A stretch of 64,000 bases of DNA from Candidatus Omnitrophota bacterium (GTDB taxonomy: Bacteria > Omnitrophota > Gorgyraeia > Gygaellales > Profunditerraquicolaceae), in assembly GCA_011620275.1 (NCBI GenBank), contig WOZK01000017.1, forward strand, positions 3,237 through 67,236, given 5' to 3'. Positions within the stretch are counted from its first letter, which is position 1; each line of letters opens with the position of its first letter. Position numbers and translations under genes: made by a program. Positions 19,688 to 31,072 of the stretch are shown one piece after another. Under the pieces are notes generated by a model. The model ran no database searches. It had not been told where the DNA came from and was given only the letters and a program-made list of their open reading frames with translations.

Positions 19688-20848
19688 ATGAAACGGATTT
19701 TCGTTCTGGGGTCTACCGGTTCCATCGGAACGGCGGCTCTTGATGTAATCGGGAGCCGTCCCGATGAATTCCGTCTCGTTGGTCTTGGGGCTAACTCGAG
19801 CGTGGGCCTTCTGGCGCGCCAGTCCGGAGTCTTTAGACCGCCTGCGGTCTGGATAGGAGACAAGGCGGCGGCCGGGCGTTTTGTCTGCGGGAACGCCGCG
19901 GGCGGGAAAGGCGTTTTCGCGGGTCCCGAAAGTTTCCCCGCGGCGCTCGAGAAGAGCAGGGCGGATATTGTGCTGGTCGCCGTCAGCGGAGCCGCGGCCT
20001 TAATGCCTTTAATGGAAATCCTGGAGCGTGGCATAGATGTAGCACTGGCAAATAAAGAGGCCCTGGTGATGGCCGGCGGACGCGTAATGAAGCTCGGCGC
20101 GAAAAACAAGGCCCGTATCCTTCCGGTTGACAGCGAACAATCCGCGATATGGCAGTGTCTCTCCTGTAATCCTTCCCGCGTTTTCGAGAGAATATACCTG
20201 ACGGCGTCCGGCGGCCCTTTACGCGGCATGAGCGTCTCGGATTTGCGCCGCGCCGGGCTTAGAGAGGTCCTGCGTCACCCGCGCTGGAAGATGGGCAGGA
20301 AGATCACCGTGGACTCCGCCACGCTGATGAACAAAGGACTGGAGGTCATAGAGGCGATGCATCTGTTCGGCGCGTCCTGCGACGACATCCGCGTCGTGGT
20401 GCACCCCGAAGCGGTGGTGCATTCCATGGTTGAGTTCAGGGACGGCAGCGTCATCGCCCAGCTATCGGTCCCGGATATGCGCATACCGATCCAGTACGCT
20501 TTTTCCTATCCGGACAGGTTGGAAAATATAGCGGGCAGGCTTGATTTTTCCAGGCTCGGCAGGCTAAATTTCGAGAAGCCCGATTTCAGGAGGTTTCCTT
20601 GCCTGGGGCTGGCCTACGCGGCCGCGCGCCGGGGAGGCACACTGCCGGCTGTAATGAACGCCGCGAATGAATCCTGCGTGGCGGCTTTCATTTCCGGCGG
20701 AATAGGTTTTATGGACATCCCGGCCGTGGTTTCTTTGGTAATGGAGGCGCACAAAGACCGAGGAGACGGTTCCTTGGAAGCGGTCTTCAAGGCCGACGCC
20801 TGGGCCAGACAGAAGGCGGAGTACTTCCTCCGCAGGAGGCGTAAATAA
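19688..20848 (+). CDS. dxr: 1-deoxy-D-xylulose 5-phosphate reductoisomerase
   Basis: N-terminal LGSTGSIG NADPH motif, 386 aa. uppS-cdsA-dxr-rseP-ispG synteny. Confidence 0.92.
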   Translation: MKRIFVLGSTGSIGTAALDVIGSRPDEFRLVGLGANSSVGLLARQSGVFRPPAVWIGDKAAAGRFVCGNAAGGKGVFAGPESFPAALEKSRADIVLVAVSGAAALMPLMEILERGIDVALANKEALVMAGGRVMKLGAKNKARILPVDSEQSAIWQCLSCNPSRVFERIYLTASGGPLRGMSVSDLRRAGLREVLRHPRWKMGRKITVDSATLMNKGLEVIEAMHLFGASCDDIRVVVHPEAVVHSMVEFRDGSVIAQLSVPDMRIPIQYAFSYPDRLENIAGRLDFSRLGRLNFEKPDFRRFPCLGLAYAAARRGGTLPAVMNAANESCVAAFISGGIGFMDIPAVVSLVMEAHKDRGDGSLEAVFKADAWARQKAEYFLRRRRK

Positions 20849-20851
20849 AAT

Positions 20852-21919
20852 ATGTTTTCCCTGTTGATTTTCGTTATACTTCTCGGTGTGCTCATCTTCG
20901 TGCATGAATTGGGACATTTTCTGATGGCGAAGCGCGCCGGGGTGAGGGTGGAGAGATTTTCACTGGGGTTCGGCCCGGTCTTGTTCAGCAGGACGGTCAA
21001 CGGCACCTTGTATTCGCTTTGCGCCGTGCCGCTCGGCGGGTTCGTTAAGATGGCCGGCGACGCGGCCGGGGAGGCGAAAGGCGGCAGGGACGAATATTAT
21101 TCCCAGCCGGTGTTCAAACGCGCCTTGATAATAATCTGCGGCCCTTTTATGAATTATCTCACCGGGATAATCTGTTTCATCCTGGTTTTCTGGATTGGTT
21201 ATCCGTCTCTCGGCACGAAGATCGGCCTGGTTTTGGACGGTTACGGGGCGCAGGCGGCCGGCATGCTAAAAGGGGACAGGATAATTTCCATAGACGGGAG
21301 CAAGACCCTTTACTGGGAGGACGTCCAGCGATTGATGCGGCTCAAACAGTCTTCCGCTAACGCGCTGGTGGCCGTTGACAGGGACGGGAAGAGCCTAGAA
21401 CTGAATGTTCAGCTTAAGGCCGGTCCCGCAACAGGGGTAAAGCCCGGGGCCTTCCTAGGGGTTTCTCCGGCGGAAGAAACGTTGGTGATAAAACGCGGTT
21501 TCATCGAGTCCGTGCGCCAGGGCATCCTGCGTTCGGGAGAATTGACGGTATTGACGTACAAAGCGTTCTGGTGGATGATAACCGGCAGGTTATCTCTGCG
21601 GGATTCAGTGACCGGTCCTGTCGGCATATTCGTGATAACCTCCAAGGCGGTCAGCGTCGGGATAAGCGCGGTGTTGAGCCTGGCCGCGGTGCTGAGCTTA
21701 AGCCTGGCCATATTCAACCTTCTTCCGTTCCCGGTGCTCGACGGGGGGCATCTGGCGTTCCTTCTGCTGGAAAAACTGCGCGGCCGGCCGCTTTCGGCAA
21801 GGGCGGAGAACATTGTCGGCAATGCGGGTATGTATGCCCTTATACTGATGGCGGTGTTCGTGACTTACAACGACGTATTGAGATTTTTCGGCGACAGGAT
21901 CAAACACTTTTTTCGGTGA
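20852..21919 (+). CDS. rseP: RIP metalloprotease RseP (site-2 protease, with PDZ domain)
   Basis: HELGHFLMAK zinc motif. PDZ region. C-terminal LDGG motif. Confidence 0.9.
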   Translation: MFSLLIFVILLGVLIFVHELGHFLMAKRAGVRVERFSLGFGPVLFSRTVNGTLYSLCAVPLGGFVKMAGDAAGEAKGGRDEYYSQPVFKRALIIICGPFMNYLTGIICFILVFWIGYPSLGTKIGLVLDGYGAQAAGMLKGDRIISIDGSKTLYWEDVQRLMRLKQSSANALVAVDRDGKSLELNVQLKAGPATGVKPGAFLGVSPAEETLVIKRGFIESVRQGILRSGELTVLTYKAFWWMITGRLSLRDSVTGPVGIFVITSKAVSVGISAVLSLAAVLSLSLAIFNLLPFPVLDGGHLAFLLLEKLRGRPLSARAENIVGNAGMYALILMAVFVTYNDVLRFFGDRIKHFFR

Positions 21920-21945
21920 ACGGCGGTTGCAAAAAGATAGATAAG

Positions 21946-22998
21946 ATGAAAAGACGCAAGACCAGAACGGTGCGGATCGGCGGGGTGCGGATCGGCGGCA
22001 ACAATCCGGTGGCGATACAATCCATGACCAAAGTTAAGACCTCTTGCGTCGACAAGGTCGCCTCCCAGCTGCGCCTGCTGGAAAAGGAAGGATGCGAAAT
22101 AATCCGCCTTTCCGTCAAGGACGCGGAGGACGCGCTGGCGCTGCGCAGGATAAAGCGCCTGACGAAAATGCCGGTGGTGGCCGACATACATTTCGACTGG
22201 CGCCTGGCGCTGGAGGCGATACGCAGCGGCGTGGATAAGATCAGGATAAATCCCGGCAATATCAGCGACAGGAAAAATCTGGCGCAGGTGGCCGCGGCCG
22301 CTCTCTCAGCCGGCGTCGCCGTGCGCCTGGGTATAAATTCAGGTTCTCTGCCGGACGGGAAAGGGGATACGGTCTCCCGTATGGTAAAGGGGGCTTTGCA
22401 TTACCTGCGTATCCTTGAGGATGAAGGGTTGTCGCGGATGGTAGTTTCGCTCAAGGCCTCTTCCGCGGGGGAGACCGTCGATGCTTACACCAGGATGTCT
22501 TCTTTATGCGATTATCCCCTGCATCTGGGGGTCACAGCCACCGGCCTGCCGGGGCATGGTCTTGTTAAGTCTTCAGTCGCCATAGGGGCATTGCTATTGA
22601 ACGGGATCGGTGATACAATAAGAGTATCTCTTACCGACACCCCCCAGCAGGAAGTCAGGGCGGCCAAGCTTATCCTGGAGGCCGCAGGAGCGCGTACCTT
22701 CGGCCATGAGGTAATAAGCTGCCCGACATGCGGCAGGTGCGAAGTGGATCTCGCCGGGACGGTCAGGGAACTTGGGCGGGCGATCTCCGCTATGCCTGCG
22801 CAGAGAGGCAGGCACCTCAAGATCGCCGTGATGGGCTGCGTGGTAAACGGCCCCGGAGAGGCTTCTGCTGCCGATATAGGCATCGCTTTCGGCAAAAAAG
22901 AGGGACTGCTCTTCAAATCCGGCAGGCCCTGCGGAAAAGTCAAATACGAAAATTGCCTGCCGGCGCTTTTGTCTGAGATAAGAAAGATGAGCGGATAG
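21946..22998 (+). CDS. ispG: 4-hydroxy-3-methylbut-2-en-1-yl diphosphate synthase
   Basis: Full-length GcpE similarity and CPTCGRC Fe-S cluster motif. Internal ATG at 21946 chosen over the longer ORF-track start. Confidence 0.9.
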   Translation: MKRRKTRTVRIGGVRIGGNNPVAIQSMTKVKTSCVDKVASQLRLLEKEGCEIIRLSVKDAEDALALRRIKRLTKMPVVADIHFDWRLALEAIRSGVDKIRINPGNISDRKNLAQVAAAALSAGVAVRLGINSGSLPDGKGDTVSRMVKGALHYLRILEDEGLSRMVVSLKASSAGETVDAYTRMSSLCDYPLHLGVTATGLPGHGLVKSSVAIGALLLNGIGDTIRVSLTDTPQQEVRAAKLILEAAGARTFGHEVISCPTCGRCEVDLAGTVRELGRAISAMPAQRGRHLKIAVMGCVVNGPGEASAADIGIAFGKKEGLLFKSGRPCGKVKYENCLPALLSEIRKMSG

Positions 22999-23026
22999 TC
23001 AACGTATAAAACAAAGGGATCCGGTT

Positions 23027-24265
23027 ATGTTATGGACGAAGTCATTCATCCCTACTCTTAAAGAGATCCCGCAGGAAGCGGAGTCGGTCAGCCACCAGTT
23101 GATGCTGAGGGCAGGATTGATACGCATGCTTGTTTCCGGGGTCTATTCATATTTACCGCTGGGCCTGCGCGTGCTGAATAATATCTGCCGCCTCCTGCGG
23201 CGCGAGATGGAGGGCGTCGGGGCGGCGGAACTGCTTTTACCGGCCCTGCAGCCTATGGACCTCTGGACGAGGTCCGGCCGTGAGAAAGATATTGCCGATA
23301 TTATGATCAGGTTCGTAGACAGGAGAGGCCGTAATATATGCCTCGGGCCGACGCATGAAGAGGTGATTACCGACATGGTACGTTCTACCGTTAATTCCTA
23401 CCGTCAACTGCCGGTGGTGCTCTATCAGATACAGACCAAATATCGCGACGAGATCCGTCCGCGTTTCGGGGTAGTCCGGTCCTGCGAGTTCATAATGAAA
23501 GACGCCTACAGCTTTGACCGCGACGAAGAGGGCCTGGAGAAGAATTACCGTAATATGTATGAAGCCTATCTGCGCATATTCGCTTCTTGCGGTCTGAAGG
23601 TAATGGCGGTGGAGGCGGATTCCGGGGTCATGGGAGGCAAGGTGTCTCATGAATTCATGGTGCCGGCGGCAAGCGGAGAGGACAGCGTATTTTGCTGTCC
23701 GTGTTGCGCGAAAACATACCCGGCTTCCGGTGAAGAGCGAAAGTGTCCGTCATGCGGGGCGGAGATGAAGAAACACGGCACGCTGGAGATCGGGCACATC
23801 TTTAAGCTCGGGACCAAATACAGCGCGGCGCTGGGGGCCAATTTCACGGATGAGGGCGGTAAACAGCATCCGATAATAATGGGGTGTTACGGGATCGGCG
23901 TGTCCCGTTTGATGGCCGCCGTGATAGAGCAGAATCATGATCAGGCCGGGATCATCTGGCCCGGGCAGATCAGCCCTTACAAGGTGGTGATCTCCGCGCT
24001 GGATATGACCAATCCAGTTATCGCCGCCAAGGCCGGCGAGGTTTACAACGATCTTTCCTCGCGCGGCGTGGAAGTCATTCTGGACGACCGTCAGGAGCGC
24101 GCCGGCGTTAAATTCAAGGACGCCGAGCTCCTGGGTTTCCCGCTGCAGATAATTGTCGGTAAAGAGACGGCCGGCAGCGGCAGGCTGGAGCTGAAGGCGC
24201 GCGGAAGCAGCGAGAAACTTTTAGCCGGCAAAGAGGAAATTTATAAAAGGGTGCTGGATTCTTAA
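23027..24265 (+). CDS. proS: Prolyl-tRNA synthetase, bacterial-type but lacking the INS editing domain, with a Cys4 zinc-ribbon-like insertion
   Basis: Class II aaRS motifs and a ProRS N-terminus. Only 412 aa. CCPCC...CPSC sits between motifs 2 and 3, where INS normally is. Confidence 0.85.
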   Translation: MLWTKSFIPTLKEIPQEAESVSHQLMLRAGLIRMLVSGVYSYLPLGLRVLNNICRLLRREMEGVGAAELLLPALQPMDLWTRSGREKDIADIMIRFVDRRGRNICLGPTHEEVITDMVRSTVNSYRQLPVVLYQIQTKYRDEIRPRFGVVRSCEFIMKDAYSFDRDEEGLEKNYRNMYEAYLRIFASCGLKVMAVEADSGVMGGKVSHEFMVPAASGEDSVFCCPCCAKTYPASGEERKCPSCGAEMKKHGTLEIGHIFKLGTKYSAALGANFTDEGGKQHPIIMGCYGIGVSRLMAAVIEQNHDQAGIIWPGQISPYKVVISALDMTNPVIAAKAGEVYNDLSSRGVEVILDDRQERAGVKFKDAELLGFPLQIIVGKETAGSGRLELKARGSSEKLLAGKEEIYKRVLDS

Positions 24266-24281
24266 GGGGGTTTCTGTTAAA

Positions 24282-24761
24282 ATGGAAGAATGGGGCTTAG
24301 AAACGCGTTTAAAAGCGCTGGTTGAAGAATATTTCGGCGGCCGCGGCCTGGAGATAGTGGAATATTTCTGTCGTATTGAAGGTCGTACTTTTGCCTTGCG
24401 TATACTCGCGGACAGGCGCGAGGGAGGCATAAGTATGGATGAGTGCGCCGGGGCTAACCGGGAACTGACGCGCGTTATCGACGCGGCATTCGAGGGGACG
24501 GGCGGCCTGGATTATTCCCTGGAGGTTTCTTCTCCGGGAGCGGACAGGCCACTGCGGATCCGCAGTGATTTCTCCAGATGCAGGGGCGCGCTTGTGCATT
24601 TTTTTCTCAAAGAGCCCGTTGGCGGTAAAGTGGAGCCGGAAGGTACCTTGAAACAGGTTTGTGAGGAATACGTTGAAGCGGAGATCAACGGCGAAGCGAT
24701 AAATGTGCCTTTCGGGATCATAAATATGGCAAAACAGGTATTGAACAGGAATAGGGAGTGA
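24282..24761 (+). CDS. rimP: Ribosome maturation factor RimP
   Basis: Typical RimP N-terminal region. Located upstream of nusA-infB. Confidence 0.85.
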   Translation: MEEWGLETRLKALVEEYFGGRGLEIVEYFCRIEGRTFALRILADRREGGISMDECAGANRELTRVIDAAFEGTGGLDYSLEVSSPGADRPLRIRSDFSRCRGALVHFFLKEPVGGKVEPEGTLKQVCEEYVEAEINGEAINVPFGIINMAKQVLNRNRE

Positions 24762-24767
24762 TTGGGT

Positions 24768-26000
24768 ATGAGTCAGGAATTGATTGCTATAATAGAACAG
24801 ATTGAAAGAGAAAAAGGGATAAAGAAGGAAGTCCTGTTGGAAGCCGTGCAGAGCGCTCTCGTCAGCGCAGCGCGCAAGGTGCTGGACGCCGAGCAGGAAG
24901 ACAATATCACCGTCGAGATAGATCCCAAGAACGGCAGGATAAAGGCCTTCAGGGACGGGAAGGAGATAGATTCCATAGATTTCGGCCGTATCGCGGCATC
25001 CACCGCCAGGCAGGTGATCATACAGAAAATCCGGGAGGCTGAAAAAGATGTAATTTTCAGCGAGTTCAACGGCAGGGTGGGAGAGATCGTTTCCGGAACC
25101 GTTTACAGGTTCGAGAAAGGCAACATTATCGTAGATCTGCTGGGAAAAGCGGAAGGGATACTTCCCAAAAGGGAACAGTCCAGCCGGGAGGAGTTTAAGC
25201 AGGGGCAGCGCATCAGGGCTTATGTGGTGGAGGTCAGGAAAGAGACCAAAGGACCGCAGATCATACTTTCCAGGGCCCATCCCAATATGGTGAAGAAGTT
25301 TTTCGAACTGGAGGTCCCGGAGATCTTCGACGGTATAGTGGAGATAAAATCCATATCCAGACAGGCCGGGGAGCGCACCAAGATTGCCGTTTGGTCCAAG
25401 AACGACAAAGTCGATTCCGTGGGCGCCTGCGTAGGCATGCGCGGCAACCGCGTGCGCAACATCGTAAACGAACTCGGCGGGGAAAAGATAGACATAGTCA
25501 GGTATAACGAAGACATCCGCGAATACATCAAAGCCGCGCTTTCGCCGGCAAAGATCAGCGAGATCAAACTTGACAAGGAGAATTTGAAAGCGCAGGTCAT
25601 AGTTGACGACGACCAGTTATCCCTGGCCATTGGCAAGCACGGCCAGAATGTGCGTCTGGCCTCTAAACTGATCGGCTGGGAGCTTGATATCCGCACCAAG
25701 AGCAGCCTTTTGGAGGGGGGAAACAAAGCGGCGGGAGAGACGAGCGCAAAAGAAGCCGCCGAAACCGCTTCCTCTCAAGTCCAGGCCGGGGACGGCGCGG
25801 CGGAGGAGGAAGAAAGGGCGGGACTGAAGTCCCTGCCTGGAGCGGGAGAAAAGACCGTCGCGGCCATGAAAGAGGTCGGATTCAATTCTCTTAGCGACAT
25901 AGCCGGGGCTGCGGTGGAGGACCTGATTAAAGTTAAGGGAATAGGAGAGAAGAAAGCGGGAAAACTCATAACCGAAGCGAAAGGTCTTTTAAATAAATAG
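24768..26000 (+). CDS. nusA: Transcription termination/antitermination factor NusA
   Basis: N-terminal domain, S1, two KH domains, and a C-terminal HhH acidic repeat. Confidence 0.93.
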   Translation: MSQELIAIIEQIEREKGIKKEVLLEAVQSALVSAARKVLDAEQEDNITVEIDPKNGRIKAFRDGKEIDSIDFGRIAASTARQVIIQKIREAEKDVIFSEFNGRVGEIVSGTVYRFEKGNIIVDLLGKAEGILPKREQSSREEFKQGQRIRAYVVEVRKETKGPQIILSRAHPNMVKKFFELEVPEIFDGIVEIKSISRQAGERTKIAVWSKNDKVDSVGACVGMRGNRVRNIVNELGGEKIDIVRYNEDIREYIKAALSPAKISEIKLDKENLKAQVIVDDDQLSLAIGKHGQNVRLASKLIGWELDIRTKSSLLEGGNKAAGETSAKEAAETASSQVQAGDGAAEEEERAGLKSLPGAGEKTVAAMKEVGFNSLSDIAGAAVEDLIKVKGIGEKKAGKLITEAKGLLNK

Positions 26001-26034
26001 AGTTCAGCGTATTGAACCGAGAGATTTTACCGAT

Positions 26035-28242
26035 ATGACCAAAAATAAAGATACGAAAAAAGAGAAAAAGGAAGAGTCCAGGGATTTGAAGAAAAGCGCC
26101 GCCGTTCCCAAAAAGGCCGCCGTAAAGACGCCCGCAGTCAAGCCCGCGAAACGCAGCATAAAGAAAAAAGAGGCGCCGCAGGCCGGGGATATCACGATCA
26201 AGGCTCCTGCCTCCGTTAAACCGGCGCGTAAGCGGGTAACCGTCGTGCGTAAGAAGGCCGCTCTCGCCGCGCCGGCAAAGCCCGAAGACAACAAACCGCA
26301 AACGGCAGAGGAGGCGGTTCCTCATCATAAAGTTGTCCCGGAGCATAAAACTGCGGCGGTAACAGCGCAGGCCGGGCAGCCGGCGGGCAAAGACCAGGTG
26401 CCGGTCAAGCCGGCCGCGCCGGCAGAACAGAAGAAGACCCCGGCTCCCGCACCGGAACCCGCCGCGCAGGCGCAGGAAGAATCGAAAGAAAGAGAACTGC
26501 TTCTGGAGATACCCATCGCCGTGAAGGATCTGGCGGTGAAGATGCAGGAAAAACCTTCCGTTCTTCTGAAAAACCTTATGGATATGAAGATTATGGCGAC
26601 CATTAACCAGTTGCTCGATGAACCGACCGTCTGCCGGCTCTGCGCTAAATACAGATTCAAGTTCGTTCCGGCCCCGGGCGTGGAGGAGACCGCTCTGGGT
26701 ATGCATAGCGCGCCGGACAGGAAAGAATTGCTGAAGCCGCGCGCTCCTATAGTTACGTTTATGGGGCACGTCGACCACGGTAAAACGTCGCTGCTGGACG
26801 CCATCAGGAAGACGAAGGTGGCGGATTCGGAGCATGGGGGAATTACCCAGCATATGAGCGCCTACCGCGTGGTGCTGAATAACGGTGAGATAACTTTTAT
26901 AGATACTCCCGGTCACGAGGCATTCACCGCGATGCGCGCCCGCGGGGCCGGCGTTACCGACATAGTGGTGCTTGTCGTCGCCGCCGACGACGGCGTTATG
27001 CCGCAGACCGTGGAGGCGATAGACCATAGCCGCGCGGCCGGGGTCTCCATTATTACGGCCCTGAACAAGGTGGACAAGGCCCAGGCCAACCTTGACAGAG
27101 TAAAGAAACAATTGGCCGATATGAACCTGGCCTCGGAGGACTGGGGAGGCAAGACTATTACGGTCCCGGTCTCTGCTAAGACCGGTCAAGGTATAGATGA
27201 TCTGCTGGAGATGATACTTCTGGAAGCGCAGATGCTCGAATTGAAAGCTAATCCCGGCAAGCCTGGGAAAGGCATAGTGCTGGAAGCGGAGCTCAGCAGG
27301 CACCGCGGAACAGTCTGCACCCTGCTTGTCCGGGAAGGAACCCTGAATGTCAACGATACCATTATCGTCGGCAAGCAATACGGTAAGGTGAAAGCGATGT
27401 TCGACGACCACGGCCGTAACGTTCAGTCGGCGCCTCCTTCGTTCCCGGTGGAGATACTCGGGTTGTCCGGTGTGCCGCAGGCCGGCGAGCAGTTTTTCGT
27501 AGTGCCGGACGAAAAGGCAGCCAAGGACATAGCTTTGAAGAGGCAGGAAGAGGAGCGCTTGCGCCAGGTCAAGGCACCCAAACGTATCAGTCTGGAGGAC
27601 TTGCACACCAAGATAAAAGAAGGCATCGTCAAAGAGCTCAAGTTGATCATCAAAGGCGACACCCAGGGTTCGCTGGAAGCGATCAAGGACATCATAGTAA
27701 AAATGGCGGTGGACGAGATCAAGATGGAGATAATGCACGCCGGTGTGGGCAACATAAATTCTTCCGACGTGGTGCTGGCGGCGGCCTCCGACGCCCTGGT
27801 TATGGGGTTCAATGTCTCAGCTGACGATATGGCAAAGGATATGGCCGTCAGGGAAGGCGTGGACATAAGAATATACAACATAATTTACGAGCTCGGTAAC
27901 GAGATAAAGGCCGCCCTGGAGGGGATGCTGGAACCGAAACTGAAGAAAGTATTCCAGGGCAGGGGGGATGTGCGTAAGGTATTCCGGCTCTCCAAAGGAG
28001 GGACGATCGCCGGCTGCATGGTGGTCAAGGGGCGCATACAGAGGAACGCCGCGGCTTCGCTCCTGCGCAACGGAGAACAGGTTTACGAAGGGAAAATCTC
28101 CTCGGTGAAGCGTTTCAAGGACGACGTCAAGGAAGTTAACGAAGGATTCGAATGCGGTATCTCACTGGGCGGTTTCGACGCTTTCCAGGAGGGCGACGTC
28201 ATCGAAACGTACAACATCGAAAGGATCGCCAGAAAACTTTAG
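26035..28242 (+). CDS. infB: Translation initiation factor IF-2
   Basis: Basic low-complexity N-terminus, GTPase G-domain [12 protein letters not shown], and the C-terminal IF2 domains. Confidence 0.95.
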   Translation: MTKNKDTKKEKKEESRDLKKSAAVPKKAAVKTPAVKPAKRSIKKKEAPQAGDITIKAPASVKPARKRVTVVRKKAALAAPAKPEDNKPQTAEEAVPHHKVVPEHKTAAVTAQAGQPAGKDQVPVKPAAPAEQKKTPAPAPEPAAQAQEESKERELLLEIPIAVKDLAVKMQEKPSVLLKNLMDMKIMATINQLLDEPTVCRLCAKYRFKFVPAPGVEETALGMHSAPDRKELLKPRAPIVTFMGHVDHGKTSLLDAIRKTKVADSEHGGITQHMSAYRVVLNNGEITFIDTPGHEAFTAMRARGAGVTDIVVLVVAADDGVMPQTVEAIDHSRAAGVSIITALNKVDKAQANLDRVKKQLADMNLASEDWGGKTITVPVSAKTGQGIDDLLEMILLEAQMLELKANPGKPGKGIVLEAELSRHRGTVCTLLVREGTLNVNDTIIVGKQYGKVKAMFDDHGRNVQSAPPSFPVEILGLSGVPQAGEQFFVVPDEKAAKDIALKRQEEERLRQVKAPKRISLEDLHTKIKEGIVKELKLIIKGDTQGSLEAIKDIIVKMAVDEIKMEIMHAGVGNINSSDVVLAAASDALVMGFNVSADDMAKDMAVREGVDIRIYNIIYELGNEIKAALEGMLEPKLKKVFQGRGDVRKVFRLSKGGTIAGCMVVKGRIQRNAAASLLRNGEQVYEGKISSVKRFKDDVKEVNEGFECGISLGGFDAFQEGDVIETYNIERIARKL

Positions 28243-28270
28243 CGCTTCTTTAAAAGGCGGCACCTGTTCT

Positions 28271-29251
28271 ATGAAGCAGACCATATTGAGCGGCATACGC
28301 CCTACCGGAAAACTCCACCTGGGGCACCTTGTCGGCGCGCTCGCCAACTGGGTTAAGCTCCAGGAAGAATACAGATGTTTTTTTATGGCAGCCGACTGGC
28401 ACGCCTTGATGGGGGAGTATGAAGACCCGTCTTTCATGCCGGGGAACATAATCGATAACGTCGCAGACTGGCTCAGCGCAGGCATCGATCCTTCCAAATG
28501 CAGTGTTTTTATTCAATCCAGGGTCGGGCAGCACCTCGACCTGAACATGATTCTCTCCTGTTTAGTTCCCCTCGGCTGGCTTGAGCGGTGCCCCACTTAC
28601 AAAGAGCAGTTGCGGGAAGTGACCATCCGCGACCTCAACACTTACGGTTTTCTCGGTTATCCGGTTCTGCAGGCCGCCGATATACTTCTTTACAAGGCGG
28701 ATAAAGTGCCGGTCGGGGAGGACCAGCTTCCTCATCTGGAGCTTACCAGGGAGATCGCCCGCAGGTTCAACAGCCTTTACGGACTCGCGGTATTCCCCGA
28801 GCCCGGCGCGCTTCTGACCGACAGTCCGCGCCTGCCCGGCCTGGACGGCAGGAAGATGAGCAAGAGTTACGGCAACGCCGTTTATCTTTCCGACGACGAT
28901 GCTGCCGTATTCGCCAAAGTTTCTTCGATGATTACCGATCCGGCGCGCGCGCGCAAATCGGATAAAGGCCACCCGGAAGTATGCAACGTCTTTTCCTATT
29001 ACTCGGTCTTCTGGCCTGAGAAGGCGAGGGAGACCGCGGACTCCTGCCGGAACGCATCCATAGGGTGCACGGAATGCAAAAAGATGCTCGCCGTGGAACT
29101 CTGCGGGATACTCTCTCCTCTGAGGGAGAAACGGGCGGAACTGTTGAATAAATCCGGGTACATAGAGGACGTGCTCAGGGAAGGCGCCGCCAAGGCCTCG
29201 GTCGTCGCCGCGGCCACGCTCGAAGAAGCCAGGAGGGCGATGAAGATATGA
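28271..29251 (+). CDS. trpS: Tryptophanyl-tRNA synthetase
   Basis: Class I HIGH (TGKLHLGH) and KMSKS motifs. 326 aa. Confidence 0.93.
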   Translation: MKQTILSGIRPTGKLHLGHLVGALANWVKLQEEYRCFFMAADWHALMGEYEDPSFMPGNIIDNVADWLSAGIDPSKCSVFIQSRVGQHLDLNMILSCLVPLGWLERCPTYKEQLREVTIRDLNTYGFLGYPVLQAADILLYKADKVPVGEDQLPHLELTREIARRFNSLYGLAVFPEPGALLTDSPRLPGLDGRKMSKSYGNAVYLSDDDAAVFAKVSSMITDPARARKSDKGHPEVCNVFSYYSVFWPEKARETADSCRNASIGCTECKKMLAVELCGILSPLREKRAELLNKSGYIEDVLREGAAKASVVAAATLEEARRAMKI

Positions 29252-30036
29252 GCTATAAAGTCAGGCTGGAACTTTTTGAAGGGCCGCTGGACCTGCTGCT
29301 TTACCTGGTGAAAAAAGACCATTTGAACATCTACGATATTCCTATCGCTCAAGTTACGGAGCAGTACCTAAAATACCTGGAATTGATGAAGCTGCTCGAC
29401 CTCGGCATAGCCGGGGATTTTCTCGTTATGGCGGCCACGCTGATGGAGATAAAATCCAAGATGCTGCTGCCAGCGGAGCAGGAAGAAGAGCGGCAGGAAG
29501 AACAGGGAGATCCGCGCGCGGAGCTGGTCAGGCGCCTGCTGGAATACGAGAAGTTCAAGAAAGTCGCCGACGAGTTGAAGGAGAGGGAATCGCTCCGGAT
29601 GAACCTTTTTAAACGGGCCCGCCCGCTGGAAAAGGAGGAGATATCCTCCGGGGAGGACGTGAAGGGAAGCGGAGAAGGGTATTTCGAGGCCAGTATATTC
29701 GATCTGATCAGCGCGTTTTCCAAGGCGATGCAGGAGGTGCCGAAAGAGATGTTCTACGAGGTGATCAAGGATGAATTCACCGTCGAGGACAAAATACATC
29801 ACATCCTGCATCTCCTGCTCGTGAAACAATCGACCACTCTTTCCGGACTCTTCGGTCAGGCCAGGAACAAGGTCGAGATAGCGGTCACTTTCCTGGCCAT
29901 CCTGGAACTGGTGCGCATGAAGGAGATAGTGGCGGTCCAGCGCGGTCTTTTTGAGGAAATAGAGGTGGTCAGGAACAGCGAGAACATAATTCCCTATGTC
30001 CCCTATGACAGAGCAGTCCAGACGGAAAATAATTAG
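29248..30036 (+). CDS. scpA: Segregation and condensation protein A
   Basis: [18 protein letters not shown]-terminal ScpA signature. Confidence 0.88.
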   Translation: MSYKVRLELFEGPLDLLLYLVKKDHLNIYDIPIAQVTEQYLKYLELMKLLDLGIAGDFLVMAATLMEIKSKMLLPAEQEEERQEEQGDPRAELVRRLLEYEKFKKVADELKERESLRMNLFKRARPLEKEEISSGEDVKGSGEGYFEASIFDLISAFSKAMQEVPKEMFYEVIKDEFTVEDKIHHILHLLLVKQSTTLSGLFGQARNKVEIAVTFLAILELVRMKEIVAVQRGLFEEIEVVRNSENIIPYVPYDRAVQTENN

Positions 30037-31072
30037 CGCCGGCATCGAAGGCGGGCAGGCCGAGGTATTCGACAAGATAGAGACGGAAGAGGATGTCGTC
30101 ATCAACCTTTCCGTGCGGCCGGAGCGCCTGGACGATTTCGTCGGCCAGAAGGAGACGGTTTCCAATCTTAAGGTATGCCTGGCCGCCGCCGCGCAGCGCG
30201 GTGAGCCGCTGGAACACGTTCTTCTCTCGGGCCCTCCCGGCCTCGGCAAGACCTCGCTTTCGCGCATAATCGCGCACGAGATGAATTCCAAGATAACCGC
30301 CACATCCGGTCCGGCCATCGAGAGGGCCGGGGACCTTATCGGCATATTGACCAACCTGGAAAAAGGAGATATCCTTTTCATAGACGAGATACACCGGCTT
30401 TCCAAGGTGGTCGAAGAGTTCCTTTATCCGGCCATAGAGAATTTCCAGATAGACTTCGTAATCGATAAAGGCCCTTACGCCAAGACCATAAAGTTCAATC
30501 TGAAACCGTTCACGTTGATCGGCGCGACCACACGTTCCGGACTGCTTTCCGCTCCTTTGCGCAGCAGGTTCGGGATACTTTATCATCTTGATTTCTACGC
30601 TCCGGAGGAGCTCTCCGCCATAATCAGGCGCTCGGCCGGGATATTGAACATAGAGATATCCGTCGACGCCGCCGGGGAAATGGCGCGCAGGTCGCGCGGC
30701 ACGCCCAGGATCGCCAACCGTCTGCTGCGCCGGGTAAGGGACTACGCGCAGGTTGAAGGCAGAAACGCCATAGATATAGAACTGGTGCGCAGCGCGCTGG
30801 AACGTCTGCGTATAGACCAGGCCGGGCTGGATGAGATGGACCGCAAGGTGCTCAGGATGATCGCCGAATATTACGGCGGCGGGCCGGTGGGCATTGAATC
30901 GCTCGCTGCCAGTCTCAACGAGGAGTCCGATACCATCGCCGACACCGTGGAACCTTATCTGCTCCAGATAGGGTTTCTAAAGCGCACCAGCCGCGGCAGG
31001 ATGATCTCCCGGCAGGCCTGCGAGCATCTCGGGTTGAAATGCCCCGCCGGAGAACAGACCGGTTTTTTTTAG
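29996..31072 (+). CDS. ruvB: Holliday junction ATP-dependent DNA helicase RuvB
   Basis: AAA+ Walker [11 protein letters not shown] and RuvB-specific regions. Start may instead be the ATG at 30005. Confidence 0.92.
   Translation: MSPMTEQSRRKIISAGIEGGQAEVFDKIETEEDVVINLSVRPERLDDFVGQKETVSNLKVCLAAAAQRGEPLEHVLLSGPPGLGKTSLSRIIAHEMNSKITATSGPAIERAGDLIGILTNLEKGDILFIDEIHRLSKVVEEFLYPAIENFQIDFVIDKGPYAKTIKFNLKPFTLIGATTRSGLLSAPLRSRFGILYHLDFYAPEELSAIIRRSAGILNIEISVDAAGEMARRSRGTPRIANRLLRRVRDYAQVEGRNAIDIELVRSALERLRIDQAGLDEMDRKVLRMIAEYYGGGPVGIESLAASLNEESDTIADTVEPYLLQIGFLKRTSRGRMISRQACEHLGLKCPAGEQTGFF

Noticed and set aside
21571-21945. 125-aa N-terminal extension of ispG in the ORF track
   Set aside because: Overlaps the 3' end of rseP in another frame. 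IspG homology begins at the internal ATG (21946), preceded by a purine-rich RBS.
25966-27738. 590-aa minus-strand ORF
   Set aside because: Fully overlaps infB on the opposite strand. Low-complexity Arg/Leu-rich translation typical of shadow ORFs in high-GC DNA, with no recognisable domain.
29368-30405. 345-aa minus-strand ORF, and similar long antisense ORFs at 11514-12515, 43838-44944, 60603-61610 and 2517-3494
   Set aside because: Each lies entirely within well-supported + strand genes (scpA/ruvB, the HMGL synthase, acsB, the M16 peptidase, kdsD/kdsC). None has recognisable family signatures.
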